Source of the DNA: a virus
Taxonomy: Duplodnaviria; Caudoviricetes
IMG/VR virus record: IMGVR_UViG_3300031965_000085
Coordinates: 1-38,862 of that record
Direction: 5' to 3' (one strand)
DNA: 38,862 nucleotides
Shown here: positions 9,398-17,770 of the stretch, in pieces
How positions within the stretch are numbered: the stretch's first letter is position 1
Layout of the letters: each line of letters opens with the position of its first letter
Notes under the pieces: generated by a model
Told to the model about the DNA's origin: nothing
Databases searched by the model: none
The model's input: the letters and a program-made list of their open reading frames with translations, nothing else
Position numbers and translations under genes: made by a program

Positions 9398-9869
9398 GGC
9401 GTTCGGCTATGTGGCTGGGGTGGTCGCGGAGCTTGGTCCGTGGGGTCGGGTGGTGGAGTTCGGCGGCCGGGATGTGAACGGCTCGGTGCGGTCGTTGTTC
9501 GGCGACGCCACGTACTGCTCGATTGATCTGGTGGGCGGGGCGGGCGTCGACGTGGTCGGCGACGCCGTGGAGGTGCCGTTGGCGGGCTGGGACGTGGTGG
9601 TGTGCTGCGAGGTCTTGGAGCACGCCGTGGAGCCTGAGCGGCTGGTGGTGGCGGCGCGCGGCGCGTTGCGTGACGGCGGGGTGTTCGTGGTGACGTGCGC
9701 GGGTCCGGGCCGGGCTCCGCATGGCGCGGATGGTGGTGGTTTGCGGCCCGGGGAGCACTACCGGAACGTGGCTCCCGCGGATCTTCACGGGTGGTTGGTC
9801 GGCGCGGGGTTCTCTGGCGTGTCGATGGATGTGCAGGGGTCCGACGTGCGGGCGACCGCGAGGAGGTGA
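9387..9869 (+). CDS. Class I SAM-dependent methyltransferase
   Basis: VVEFGGRDVNG (motif I variant), SIDL..G.GVD, WDVVVCCEVLEH, ALRDGGVFVVT; 3' part of track ORF 8958..9869. Confidence 0.85.
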   Translation: MHPEAFGYVAGVVAELGPWGRVVEFGGRDVNGSVRSLFGDATYCSIDLVGGAGVDVVGDAVEVPLAGWDVVVCCEVLEHAVEPERLVVAARGALRDGGVFVVTCAGPGRAPHGADGGGLRPGEHYRNVAPADLHGWLVGAGFSGVSMDVQGSDVRATARR

Positions 9870-9871
9870 GC

Positions 9872-11779
9872 ATGGCTGTCTTCGCCGGTCAGTACGGGCC
9901 GGAGCCGGTGTTCAGCGCCTCGGAGCGGCTGCTCCCCGGCGTGGGCGCCACCGTGTACCTGGCGGGCACGTCGACGTTGGCGACGCTCTACGCGTCGCGC
10001 ACGAAGGCCGAGGCGGCAGCCAACCCGACGGCGGCGGACTCGCTGGGCAACCTGTCGTTCTGGGCCGACCCGGGCCGCTACGACGTGGTGATCCAGGCGG
10101 CCACGTACGGGGTGACCGTGGACGTGGACCCAGCCGAAGCGGGGCGCGTGTCCGACATGCCGTTCGTGCCTCTCCGCAAGTTCGGCACCTATGCGGCCGG
10201 CGACGACATCACGGCCCTACTCCAGGGCGCGACGGAAAGCCTGCGAGACGCCGCTCTCGGCGAGGTCCTCCTCGTCGACGTCGCGTCTACCTCGGCCGAT
10301 CCGTTTCTCATCGACGGCAGTCTCACCGTGTGGAACCACATCCGGGGCCTTGACCGCGGGGCGACGCACTTCAAGCAGGCCGATGCCGACGCGGTGGCCG
10401 GCATGTTCATGTCGTCGCTGGAGGAAGGCTCGACCAACATCGGGCTGTCTCGCATGACCATCGACGCCAGCGCCGCGGAGAACCAGCACGCCGTGCTCTT
10501 CCAGCGAGTGGCCGGCCTGTACCTCGGATACCTCCGGGCGTTCGGGAAGCCGTCCGCCCCGGCTTCGCCGTCGGGCCTCATCAACGTCGGCGGGTTCGAG
10601 GACGATCACGGCGCGATCGACCCGACCTGCTTCGATGTGTTCTGGGAGCACCTGCTGCTCGAGGACGGCGACAACTTCGGCCTGCAGTTCGGCGCGGTGC
10701 AGGGCATGGTCGGCCACGACCTGGTCACCCGCCGCTGCTACCGGGAAGCGTTCGGGGTGGAACCCGGGAACATCTCCGGCACTCCGCTCGTCAGCAAGGA
10801 CTGGGCGGTGAGCAACCTCCTGCTGTTGTCGTCCACGCCGAAAGCGGCCGGGTCGACCGCTACCGGGGTGTTCGTCGTGACGGGCAGCTCCGGGGGGACC
10901 ATCGAGGGCGGCATCGCCACCGGTGTCCTCGTCGACGTGACCGAGGTCATCGCAGCCGACGCTACGCCGGGCGTCCGCATCGACGGTTCCGGCGTGCAGT
11001 TCCACGGTCAGGTCCGCAACGCCAACGGGGCCGGCGTCCGGCTGGGCGACGCGTCCTACGGGGCGACGGACTGCCTGGTCGACGTCGCGGTCCACGACTG
11101 CAACCAGGGCGGGCACGACTCGTCGTCGTCGGCATCGGCGGGCATCGGATTGCGCGGGTCGGGCACGCACGGCAACACGGTCCGGGGTCTCGTGCGCGGC
11201 GCCGCCACCCACGAGTTCGGCTACGCCGAGACGTCCAGCGCGGCCAGCAACGACGTCGATCTGGACCTGCTCAACAGCGGAGCCACCACCCACACGATCG
11301 GCGCCTCCACGACCCTCCGCGCCCGGACCGCAGCAGGAACGGTCACCCACGAAGGCATCCAGTCCTTCTCTGCTGTGCAGGCCGGCTCCGTGAAGGCGTA
11401 CAGCGCCGCCAGCACTGCCCTCCTGGCTGCGGACACACCAGCAGGGCAGAACGCCCGCATGGCGTTCCAGACGGGCGGCTCAACCCGGATGGAGCTGCGG
11501 AAGAGCACCACCGCTGAGAGCGGCAGCAACGTCGGGTCCGACCTTGAGGTCGTCGCCCGCGACGACGCCGGCTCGGTCATCGGCAACTGCCTGGTCATCA
11601 CCCGCCGCAACCGTGTCGTGACGGCCACCACCGGGTTCGTCAACCGGACCAAGGCCGGCGTGCCCAGCGACGCCGACTTCACCTCGACGCCCCCCGATGG
11701 CGTCCAGGTGATCGACACGACGAACCACCGCATCTACACCCGGTCTGGCGGGGCGTGGCGCTACGTCGCCCTGACATGA
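9872..11779 (+). CDS. Tailspike/appendage-like protein with probable beta-helix (pectin-lyase-like) body
   Basis: GAGGAGG RBS; N-terminal anchor-like segment (TLATLY...NPTAADSLGNLSFWADPGRYD); GDDITALLQ.A beta-helix cap; G/V/I/N/D-rich repeats; C-terminal fibre-like end (IYTRSGGAW). Confidence 0.7.
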   Translation: MAVFAGQYGPEPVFSASERLLPGVGATVYLAGTSTLATLYASRTKAEAAANPTAADSLGNLSFWADPGRYDVVIQAATYGVTVDVDPAEAGRVSDMPFVPLRKFGTYAAGDDITALLQGATESLRDAALGEVLLVDVASTSADPFLIDGSLTVWNHIRGLDRGATHFKQADADAVAGMFMSSLEEGSTNIGLSRMTIDASAAENQHAVLFQRVAGLYLGYLRAFGKPSAPASPSGLINVGGFEDDHGAIDPTCFDVFWEHLLLEDGDNFGLQFGAVQGMVGHDLVTRRCYREAFGVEPGNISGTPLVSKDWAVSNLLLLSSTPKAAGSTATGVFVVTGSSGGTIEGGIATGVLVDVTEVIAADATPGVRIDGSGVQFHGQVRNANGAGVRLGDASYGATDCLVDVAVHDCNQGGHDSSSSASAGIGLRGSGTHGNTVRGLVRGAATHEFGYAETSSAASNDVDLDLLNSGATTHTIGASTTLRARTAAGTVTHEGIQSFSAVQAGSVKAYSAASTALLAADTPAGQNARMAFQTGGSTRMELRKSTTAESGSNVGSDLEVVARDDAGSVIGNCLVITRRNRVVTATTGFVNRTKAGVPSDADFTSTPPDGVQVIDTTNHRIYTRSGGAWRYVALT

Positions 11780-11801
11780 CTCCCTGGAAGGTGGTCGCCT
11801 G

Positions 11802-12707
11802 ATGCCTGCCGTTCCCGACCCGACCGGCGGGTTCCTCACCGGTGGCCTGATCCCGCAACGCCTGCAGCGCGGCGCCGCCGCGACCATCCAAGTGGAACTA
11901 CTCGACCAGCACGGCGAGATCACCACCCCCACCGGCACCGTCACCGTCGGGGTCGTCCGCTCCGACGGCACCACCCTCGTCGCCGCGGGCACCGCCACCA
12001 CCACCGACGGCACCGCCCGCACCCTCGTGCTGTCCGCCGCGCAGACCGCCGACCCGGACGTGCTGCGAGCCACATGGACCGACGGCACCGACGAGCGGGC
12101 CGCCACCTACCACGAGACGGTCGGCGGGTTCTACTTCTCGGTCGCGCAGGCGCGGGCCAGCGACACGACCCTGCAGGACGAAGCCCGGTACCCCGCCGAT
12201 GACGTCCGCCGAGTCAGGGGCCGGGTTGAGTACGAGATGGAGCGGGGGGTCGGTTTCGCGCTCGTGCCCCGCTTCGCTCGCGTCCGGCTCCGCAGTCGCG
12301 ACGCTCGCCTCGAGCTGCCCCACCTGTTCCTCCGCCGGGTCCTCGCAGTGCGGGAGTACACCACAGCGGACAGCTACACGACGTTGGACGTCGCCGATCT
12401 CGACGTGCCCGCGAACGACGCGGGGCTCGCGGTCCGCCAGGACGGCGCCGCCTGGGGGACCGTGGTCATCTCCTACGAGCACGGCTGGGACGCTCCGGCC
12501 CCGGACCTTCTCGATGCAAGCCTGATGTTGCTTCGTGCTCGCCTCAACGCGCCCCGCTCCGGCATCCCTGACCGTGCTGAGCGCTACCAGGCCGCGGAGG
12601 GCGGCACGTACGTGTTGAGCATGCCGGGCCGGTACCGCACCGGGTTGCCTGATGTCGACGCCATCATCGACGGCAACGAGCGTCGCGTGTCCTTCATGGG
12701 GTTCTGA
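11802..12707 (+). CDS. Head-tail adaptor with N-terminal beta-rich extension
   Basis: C-half has VEYEMER..G...VPR, LELPH, VVISYEHGWDAPAPDL..A.L and TGLPDVDAII typical of actinophage adaptors. Confidence 0.7.
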   Translation: MPAVPDPTGGFLTGGLIPQRLQRGAAATIQVELLDQHGEITTPTGTVTVGVVRSDGTTLVAAGTATTTDGTARTLVLSAAQTADPDVLRATWTDGTDERAATYHETVGGFYFSVAQARASDTTLQDEARYPADDVRRVRGRVEYEMERGVGFALVPRFARVRLRSRDARLELPHLFLRRVLAVREYTTADSYTTLDVADLDVPANDAGLAVRQDGAAWGTVVISYEHGWDAPAPDLLDASLMLLRARLNAPRSGIPDRAERYQAAEGGTYVLSMPGRYRTGLPDVDAIIDGNERRVSFMGF

Positions 12708-12708
12708 G

Positions 12709-13173
12709 GTGGGTTCGTCGATCCCGGCGGCGATGGCGTGGCTCCACGAATCGATCCGTGATCTCACCTGGCCGGCCGCGACCGCGATGGGCGTGACGCC
12801 GGTGGTGTCGTACGGGCCGCCCGCCAGCTTGGAACGCGAGCACGTCATCGTGGGCGACACCGGCGACGAGGAAGCCAGCCAGGAGTGGGCCGCGCTCGGG
12901 AACCGCCAGCGCGAGGAACGCTACGTGATCCCGATCACGGTGCATGTGTGGCGGCCCGGTGATGACGCCCGCGAGGCGTTGGAGCGGGCCATGGCGCTGA
13001 CCGACACGATCGCTGCTCTGCTGCTCGCCCACCCGCACCTCGGCTTCGTCGGCGATGACGCTCTCGCCGGGAGCGGGGTCGAGATGTCGCAGCCGCTCCC
13101 GAGTCTCGGCCCGGACCCCGAGGGCTACGGCTGCACCGTCGCGATCGGTGTGCGTGTCGTCGCCCGAATCTGA
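12709..13173 (+). CDS. Tail terminator / neck protein
   Basis: Position and size; VSYGPP, REERYVI.ITVHVW, terminal beta strand. Confidence 0.6.
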   Translation: MGSSIPAAMAWLHESIRDLTWPAATAMGVTPVVSYGPPASLEREHVIVGDTGDEEASQEWAALGNRQREERYVIPITVHVWRPGDDAREALERAMALTDTIAALLLAHPHLGFVGDDALAGSGVEMSQPLPSLGPDPEGYGCTVAIGVRVVARI

Positions 13174-13183
13174 GGAGGAACCC

Positions 13184-13399
13184 ATGGCCGTGCCTGCCCC
13201 TGTCCGCGTGACCTACGTCGGCCCCTACGCGGAGGTCGAGATCCCTCGCGCTGGGCGGACGTGCCGGCGCGGCGAGTCCGTGGAGGTGGCGGCCGACATG
13301 GCCGGCGCGCTCCTCGCGCAGCCCGACAACTGGCAGCCCGCCAGCAGCGTGCCGGCATCCCCGGCGAAGGAAGAGGAGGAGACCCATGCCGGTAGCTGA
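13184..13399 (+). CDS. Small hypothetical virion-region protein
   Basis: GAGGAGG RBS; VTYVGP..EVEIP...GESVEV..DMA..LLAQPDNW. Confidence 0.7.
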   Translation: MAVPAPVRVTYVGPYAEVEIPRAGRTCRRGESVEVAADMAGALLAQPDNWQPASSVPASPAKEEEETHAGS

Positions 13400-14363
13400 C
13401 GTCGCCCAGCTGGGCGTTGCAGATGAGACCACGTTCGGCACGGTCGCGACCCCGACGCGGTTCTACGAAATGCGCTCGGAGGGGATCAACGAGGGCTTCT
13501 CGTCGATCGAGAGCCAGAGCCTCCGCGCCGGCTACGACCTCGCGCCGAGCGACAGCGTGAAGCGCTACCCGTCGGGCGCCGCCGGGGACTTCGTCTTCGA
13601 GGTCCAGTCGAAGGGCTTCGCGTGGTGGGTGAAGCACATGCTCGGCGCGCTCGCCGTGGACGGCACCGCCAGCGACTCGCTCTACACCCACGTCGGCACC
13701 TTCGGGAGCCTGTACGGGCAGAGCTTCACGTGCCAGGTGAATCGGCCCATGAACCCCTCGGAGGCCGACAGCCCCATCACGTTCCACGGCGGGAAGGTGG
13801 CCCGCTGGGGACTGGAGTGCGGCACCGGCCAGTTCCTGGTGGCCACGCTCGGCCTCGACTTCGAGGAAGCCGACATGACCACCGCGCTCGCCGCCGCCAG
13901 CTACCCCACCTCCAAGGAGTTCTTCTCGTTCCTGGAGGGCACGGTCGAGATCGGCGACGTCGCGGTGGTCGTCGACAGGATCACCATGACGTGCGACAAC
14001 GGCCTGATCGAGCGGCCCGCGGCGTTGGGCTCCACGAAGAAGCGGGAGCCGTCGCAGGGCCGCCGGTCGCTGACGTGGTCGATCGACGCTGACTTCGAGT
14101 CGGAGACCCAGTACGACCTCTTCCGCTCCGCGGAGCTCGGTGGGGCCATCGCGAAGATCGAGCTGGAGTTCACCGGCCTGGCGACCATCGGCGCGGCGTC
14201 GAACCCCGGGATCAAGGTCACGCTCAACGACGCGGTGTTCGACCAGGCGCGCGTCAACGTCGGCGGCCCGAGCCCGCTCAAGCAGGCCCTGTCGGGCATG
14301 TGCGTGCAGTCGTCGTCGGCCCCGATCCAGATCGACGTCAGCACCGCGGAGGCGACGCCGTGA
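13386..14363 (+). CDS. Major tail tube protein
   Basis: AQLGVADETTFGT...PTRF N-terminus, 325 aa, strong RBS, position before chaperone and tape measure. Confidence 0.85.
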   Translation: MPVADVAQLGVADETTFGTVATPTRFYEMRSEGINEGFSSIESQSLRAGYDLAPSDSVKRYPSGAAGDFVFEVQSKGFAWWVKHMLGALAVDGTASDSLYTHVGTFGSLYGQSFTCQVNRPMNPSEADSPITFHGGKVARWGLECGTGQFLVATLGLDFEEADMTTALAAASYPTSKEFFSFLEGTVEIGDVAVVVDRITMTCDNGLIERPAALGSTKKREPSQGRRSLTWSIDADFESETQYDLFRSAELGGAIAKIELEFTGLATIGAASNPGIKVTLNDAVFDQARVNVGGPSPLKQALSGMCVQSSSAPIQIDVSTAEATP

Positions 14364-14632
14364 GCGACGCTGCCGGCCCGACCGATCTGCGCTTCGACCT
14401 CGACAGCCTCACCGTCGGCGAGCTGGAGGATCTGGAGGACCGCTTGGGCGCGGGCCTCGACGAGATCATCCGCCAACTCCAGCAGGGCGGCCGGTCAGCG
14501 AAGCTGCTGCGGGCCATCGTGTGGGTCACGCAGCGCCGCACCGAACCGGGCTTCACGTGGGAGCAGGCCGGCGCGGTGCGCGTCACCGAGGTGGTGGCGC
14601 CCCCCCCTCGGGAGGCCGGCGCCGCCGGATGA
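14360..14632 (+). CDS. Tail assembly chaperone (G-like)
   Basis: GTGA overlap with tail tube; LTVGELEDLED..G, RAIVWV..RR..P.FTWE; C8 run near 3' end. Confidence 0.75.
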   Translation: MSDAAGPTDLRFDLDSLTVGELEDLEDRLGAGLDEIIRQLQQGGRSAKLLRAIVWVTQRRTEPGFTWEQAGAVRVTEVVAPPPREAGAAG

Positions 14633-14742
14633 TCGCGGAGTTCGCCCTGGCGACCGGCTACACCCCCGACCAGGTGCGAGCCATGAGCGCCGGCGACTAC
14701 GCCGCCATCGTCGAGGTGCTGGCCGAGCGGGCGCGGCAGTGA
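14629..14742 (+). CDS. Tail assembly chaperone second segment (T-like; probable -1 frameshift product)
   Basis: IAEFALATGYTPDQVRAMSAGDY in the -1 frame, open across the C8 run at 14600-14607. Confidence 0.65.
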   Translation: MIAEFALATGYTPDQVRAMSAGDYAAIVEVLAERARQ

Positions 14743-15176
14743 CCGCCGCTCCGGGCGCCGAGATCCGCGTCGAGGGCCTCGCCGAGCTGCGGCGAGCGCT
14801 GCGCAAGGCGGCCGATGCTGAGCAGCTGACCGGGGTACGCAACGCGCTGCGGGCCGGCGCGGGACTCGCGGCCACCAACGCGCAGGGCCGGGTGCCGGTG
14901 CGCAGCGGCAGGGCGCGGGCGTCGATCCGGCCGACGGTGTCGGGCAACAAGGCGTTCGTGGTCGGCGGGCGCCGCACCGTGGCGTACTACGGGTGGCTCG
15001 ACTTCGGCAGCCGCACCCCGAAGCGCGGCAACTCGCGGCGGGTCGGCCCGTGGCGCGGGTCGGGGCGCGGCCCCGCTGGCGGCCGGTTCATCTACCCCGC
15101 GATCGAGGCCACCCGCCCGCAGATCGCCCGCCAGGTCGCCGACGCGCTCGAGGAGGTGCTGGGCTCCGATGGCTGA
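14739..15176 (+). CDS. HK97 gp10-like neck/tail completion protein
   Basis: IRVEGLAELRRAL, VPVRSGRARASI, YYGWLDFG, RFIYPA motifs. Confidence 0.7.
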   Translation: MTAAPGAEIRVEGLAELRRALRKAADAEQLTGVRNALRAGAGLAATNAQGRVPVRSGRARASIRPTVSGNKAFVVGGRRTVAYYGWLDFGSRTPKRGNSRRVGPWRGSGRGPAGGRFIYPAIEATRPQIARQVADALEEVLGSDG

Positions 15177-16914
15177 CCGTGAGGTACGCATCCAGATCCT
15201 CGGCGACAGCCGGGACTTCCAGAAGGCCGTGAAGGACGCCACCCGCTCCGGCGACGACCTCGAGTCCGGCCTGAGCCGCGCCGGGAAGGGCGCCGCGCTG
15301 GCGATCGGCGGGGTGGCCCTGGCCGGCGCGGGGCTGGCGGTCGCGTTCGGTCCGCAGCTGATCGACTTGGGAAACAAGGTCGCGACGTGGCGCACGAAGG
15401 TCGCCACGGTGTTCGGTAGCAGCGCCGAGGACGTCCGCAAATGGGCCGACGACTCGAACGAGGCGATGGGCCTCACCGACGACGAGCTCGCCGGCCTGGC
15501 CGCCGGCTTCGGGGACCTCCTCGTGCCGATGGGCTTCACCCGCGAGGCCGCCGCCAAGATGAGCAAGGAGACCATCAACCTCTCCGGCGCCCTCTCGGCC
15601 TGGTCGGGTGGGCAGCGCTCCGCGGCCGAGGTGTCGAACATCCTGGCCAAGGCGATGCTCGGCGAGCGCGACGGCTTGAAGGAGCTCGGCATCAGCATCA
15701 GCGAGGCCGACGTCCAGGGCCGGCTCCTCCAGAAGGGCCAGGACCAGCTCACCGGCGCGGCGCTCGAGCAGGCCAAGGCGCTCGCCACCCAAGAGCTGAT
15801 CATGGAGAAGAGCACCGACGCCCAGAAGGCGTGGGCTGATGGGACGTTCGACGCCCAGAAGAAGCAGAACGAACTCAAGGCCAAGGTCGCAGAGCTGAAA
15901 GAGGACCTCGCCGGGAAGCTGCTCCCGGCGTTCACCGCGGTGGCCGGCTACATGGTCGACACCGTCATCCCCGCCTTCGAGCGCCTCGCCGCGTGGGTGC
16001 AGGTGCACTGGCCCGAGATCCGCGACACGATCACCGGCGCCGTCCAGGCCATCAAGGACTTCGTGACGCCGATCATCGAGGGCCTGCAGGCGTTTTGGCG
16101 CACGTTCGGAGACAACATCCTGGAGTTCGTCAAGGGCGCGTGGGGAGGCATCCGCGACGCCATCGAGGGAACGCTCCAGGTCATCGAGGGCATCGTCGAC
16201 GTCTTCGTCGGGATCTTCACCCTCGACTGGGACCGGGCCTGGGCCGGCATCAAGGGCATCGTGTCGGGGGTCTGGGATGCCATCAACGGCATCATCGACC
16301 AGGCCCTGGCCGCCATCAAACTCGTGGTCGAATCTGGCCTCACGGTCCTGGCGGGCATCCTTGACGGCGCGTGGGGAGGCATCAAGGGTGCCGCGTCGGC
16401 CGCGCTCGATGGTCTCGTCGGGTTCTTCCGTGACCTGCCCGGCAACATCGTCTCGGCGCTCGGCGACATCGTCTCGAAGATGGTCGAGCTCGGCAAGAGC
16501 ATCATCCGCGGGATCATCGACGGGCTCAAGGCTGTCGGCTCGGAGATCAAGGACTGGATCTTCTCCTTCATCCCCAGCCCCGGTGACGTACTCGACGCGA
16601 TCACCGGTGGGGGGCCGAGTGTGCTCGAGATGCGGGCCCGTGAGTTGCGCGGCGAGGACCCGATGACCGGCGAGCCCGTCGAGCGTCGGGCCGGCGGCGG
16701 CATGGTCAACCCGTTTCAGACGTACCTAGTCGGTGAGCGCGGCCCGGAGTTGTTCCGCCCGAGCCTCGCGGGGGCGATCATCCCGAACGCGTCGCTGTCG
16801 GGCGGGCGTGGCCCGACGATCGGCACCGTCAACGTGTACACGCTCGGCGACGGCGACGCCATCGCTCGGGCAGTCACCGATCAGTGGCACACCCTCGAGC
16901 TGCTCTATGGGTGA
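15169..16914 (+). CDS. Tape measure protein
   Basis: Helical Ala/Gly-rich; periodic W/F repeats (AWGGI, AWAGI, VWDAI); C-terminal RAGGG....YLVGERGPELF.P. Confidence 0.92.
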   Translation: MADREVRIQILGDSRDFQKAVKDATRSGDDLESGLSRAGKGAALAIGGVALAGAGLAVAFGPQLIDLGNKVATWRTKVATVFGSSAEDVRKWADDSNEAMGLTDDELAGLAAGFGDLLVPMGFTREAAAKMSKETINLSGALSAWSGGQRSAAEVSNILAKAMLGERDGLKELGISISEADVQGRLLQKGQDQLTGAALEQAKALATQELIMEKSTDAQKAWADGTFDAQKKQNELKAKVAELKEDLAGKLLPAFTAVAGYMVDTVIPAFERLAAWVQVHWPEIRDTITGAVQAIKDFVTPIIEGLQAFWRTFGDNILEFVKGAWGGIRDAIEGTLQVIEGIVDVFVGIFTLDWDRAWAGIKGIVSGVWDAINGIIDQALAAIKLVVESGLTVLAGILDGAWGGIKGAASAALDGLVGFFRDLPGNIVSALGDIVSKMVELGKSIIRGIIDGLKAVGSEIKDWIFSFIPSPGDVLDAITGGGPSVLEMRARELRGEDPMTGEPVERRAGGGMVNPFQTYLVGERGPELFRPSLAGAIIPNASLSGGRGPTIGTVNVYTLGDGDAIARAVTDQWHTLELLYG

Positions 16915-17770
16915 AACCCTGGAGTGGATCGACCCCGACGGCGACGTCACCGTGCTGGACGTCGAGTGGGGCGCGTCGGGCCGGTTCGCTCCGCCCGCTG
17001 AGCTGTTCACCGCGCCGATCCCCCTGGGCGCGGGGAGCGTCCTGCAGCACGTCCGCCACGCCGAGCGCACCATGGTCCTGCCGTTGTTCATCGACGCGGC
17101 CGACGCGGTCACGCTCCGCCAGACCACCCGAGCGCTGGTGCGGGCCCTCGACCCGCTCCGAGGTGAAGGCAAGCTGCGGGACACCGCTCCCGACGGCACC
17201 GTGCGGTCGTTGTCGTGCCGCTGCGTCGACGGGCTGCAGCTCGGCGAGACGTGGGGCCACGAAGCCGGCGAGATCCACCAGCGGGCCGCGGCCCGGTTCC
17301 TCGCCACGGACCCCTACTGGTACGAGGTGGAGCCCTTCTCGCAGGTCTACAGGCTGCCCGAGGAGACGGTGCCGTTCTTCCCGTTCCTGCCGCTCGTGCT
17401 CGCCCCCAGCAACGTGCTGGAGAACCAGCGGGTCAGCAACACCGGCGACGTCGAAGCGTGGCCCGTGTGGACGATCACCGGACCCGCGGACTCCGTCACG
17501 ATCACGCTCGCCGCGTCGGGCGTGTCGCCAGCACGGTCGCTGGTGATGCCCGCGGGCCTCCTGTCGAGCGAGGTGGTCGTGATCGACACCCGCCCGCTCA
17601 TCAAGAGCGTCGTCGACGACAGCGGCGCGAACCGGTTCGGGGACCTCACCCTGGCCAGCAGCCTGTTCAGCCTGCGGCCCGGCACGAACGACATCGACCT
17701 CCAGGTCGACGGCGCGAACCTCGACACGAGCGTGGTGCTGACGTTCCAGCGCCGCTACCTCACGCCCTGA
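16907..17770 (+). CDS. Distal tail protein (Dit)
   Basis: Follows tape measure; FLATDPYWY, NTGDVEAWPVWTITGP, LRPGTNDI. Confidence 0.85.
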   Translation: MGETLEWIDPDGDVTVLDVEWGASGRFAPPAELFTAPIPLGAGSVLQHVRHAERTMVLPLFIDAADAVTLRQTTRALVRALDPLRGEGKLRDTAPDGTVRSLSCRCVDGLQLGETWGHEAGEIHQRAAARFLATDPYWYEVEPFSQVYRLPEETVPFFPFLPLVLAPSNVLENQRVSNTGDVEAWPVWTITGPADSVTITLAASGVSPARSLVMPAGLLSSEVVVIDTRPLIKSVVDDSGANRFGDLTLASSLFSLRPGTNDIDLQVDGANLDTSVVLTFQRRYLTP

